Assembly: GCA_004431415.1 (NCBI GenBank) | Contig: QPMI01000095.1 | Coordinates: 186,001 to 250,000, forward strand | Length of the DNA: 64,000 nt | Origin: Cyanophora paradoxa CCMP329 | Lineage: Eukaryota; Plantae; Glaucophyta | Direction of reading: 5' to 3' | Shown here: positions 63,501 through 64,000 of the stretch, piece by piece | How positions within the stretch are numbered: position 1 is the stretch's first letter | Layout: every line of letters starts with the position of its first letter | The notes under the pieces: generated by a model | Seen by the model: only the letters and a program-made list of their open reading frames with translations | Told to the model about the DNA's origin: nothing | Databases searched by the model: none | Program-made: the position numbers and the translations under genes

Positions 63501-64000
63501 CAGGAGAAGGCCTCGGCCTCGCCCTCGATGATGCGCTCCGCCATCTGCGCGTCCAGCACGCCGGGGCGCGGCCCCTCGACGACGCCGCGCAGGGCCACGA
63601 AGAAGCAGCCGCCCTGCACGGGGGCCCGCATCTGCACCTGCGGACTCGCCGCGCTGCGGCGCCTCAGCGGGGCCGGGGCCGCCGGGGGGCGCGGAGCGGC
63701 GCACTCCGCGAAGAAGAAGGCGAGGCCGCGGGGGCAGGCCTTCGCCGGCACCGTCACCTCGATCATCGCCAGCCCGCGCCCGTCTGCCCCCCTCTCAGCC
63801 CCCGCCCCGCCCCGCCCCCGAGCGCGACCAGGCGCACCGCAGGCGGGGAAGGGGGTCATGCAGGCGGCGCCTTCGGTGCGGGAGCCGGGCGGCTGCATCT
63901 CTGGGGGCGGCGCGGCGAGGGCGTGGCGGCGGGGGGCGAGGCTCCAGTGGAGGAGGGTGCCCGGGCGGTCGGTGACCCAGCGCACGCGGTGGCGCTCGGG
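60521..64000 (-). CDS. GWD: Alpha-glucan, water dikinase (5' end outside window)
   Basis: WLRFSFIRQLDWQRNYNTQPR, GQRIRDEIL, QWHQKLHNNTTPDD, phospho-His motif DILSHVAVRARN, FRSDSNGEDLEGYAGAGLYDS, VQTRPQV*. Confidence 0.95.

Overview
Gene-dense, GC-rich eukaryotic nuclear DNA with many short (~50-65 nt) introns, frequently GC-AG, so the supplied ORF track is mostly fragments and antisense shadows. Plastid transit peptides with an early Phe (RsfS 'MAF...', SufS 'MDRQAF...'), a ciliary gene (BBS9) and a glucan water dikinase point to a flagellate archaeplastid alga, most plausibly a glaucophyte such as Cyanophora (inference). Genes recognised by manual splicing: RNR small subunit, atypical E2F (DEL/E2F7-8), S6 kinase, BBS9, ABCF2, plastid RsfS/Iojap, an F-box/LRR-like protein, Alba, SufS, HBS1, GWD and several unknowns. 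Most notable observations: (1) comparison of local repeat copies shows a recurrent 6-bp insertion turning a 3-mer X into X-revcomp(X)-X, which appears to build the palindromic intergenic DNA; (2) a receptor-like kinase with a signal peptide, two beta-sandwich-like repeats, a Kelch propeller, a TM helix and a kinase; (3) a 6.1-kb structure in which ~1.44-kb near-identical inverted arms encoding inward-facing zinc-finger ORFs enclose a complete coiled-coil gene; (4) a SAM protein with six copies of an unrecognised helical repeat; (5) a repeat family filling spacers between convergent genes, plus orphan or permuted exon fragments. Exon boundaries were assigned by eye and need RNA-seq confirmation.
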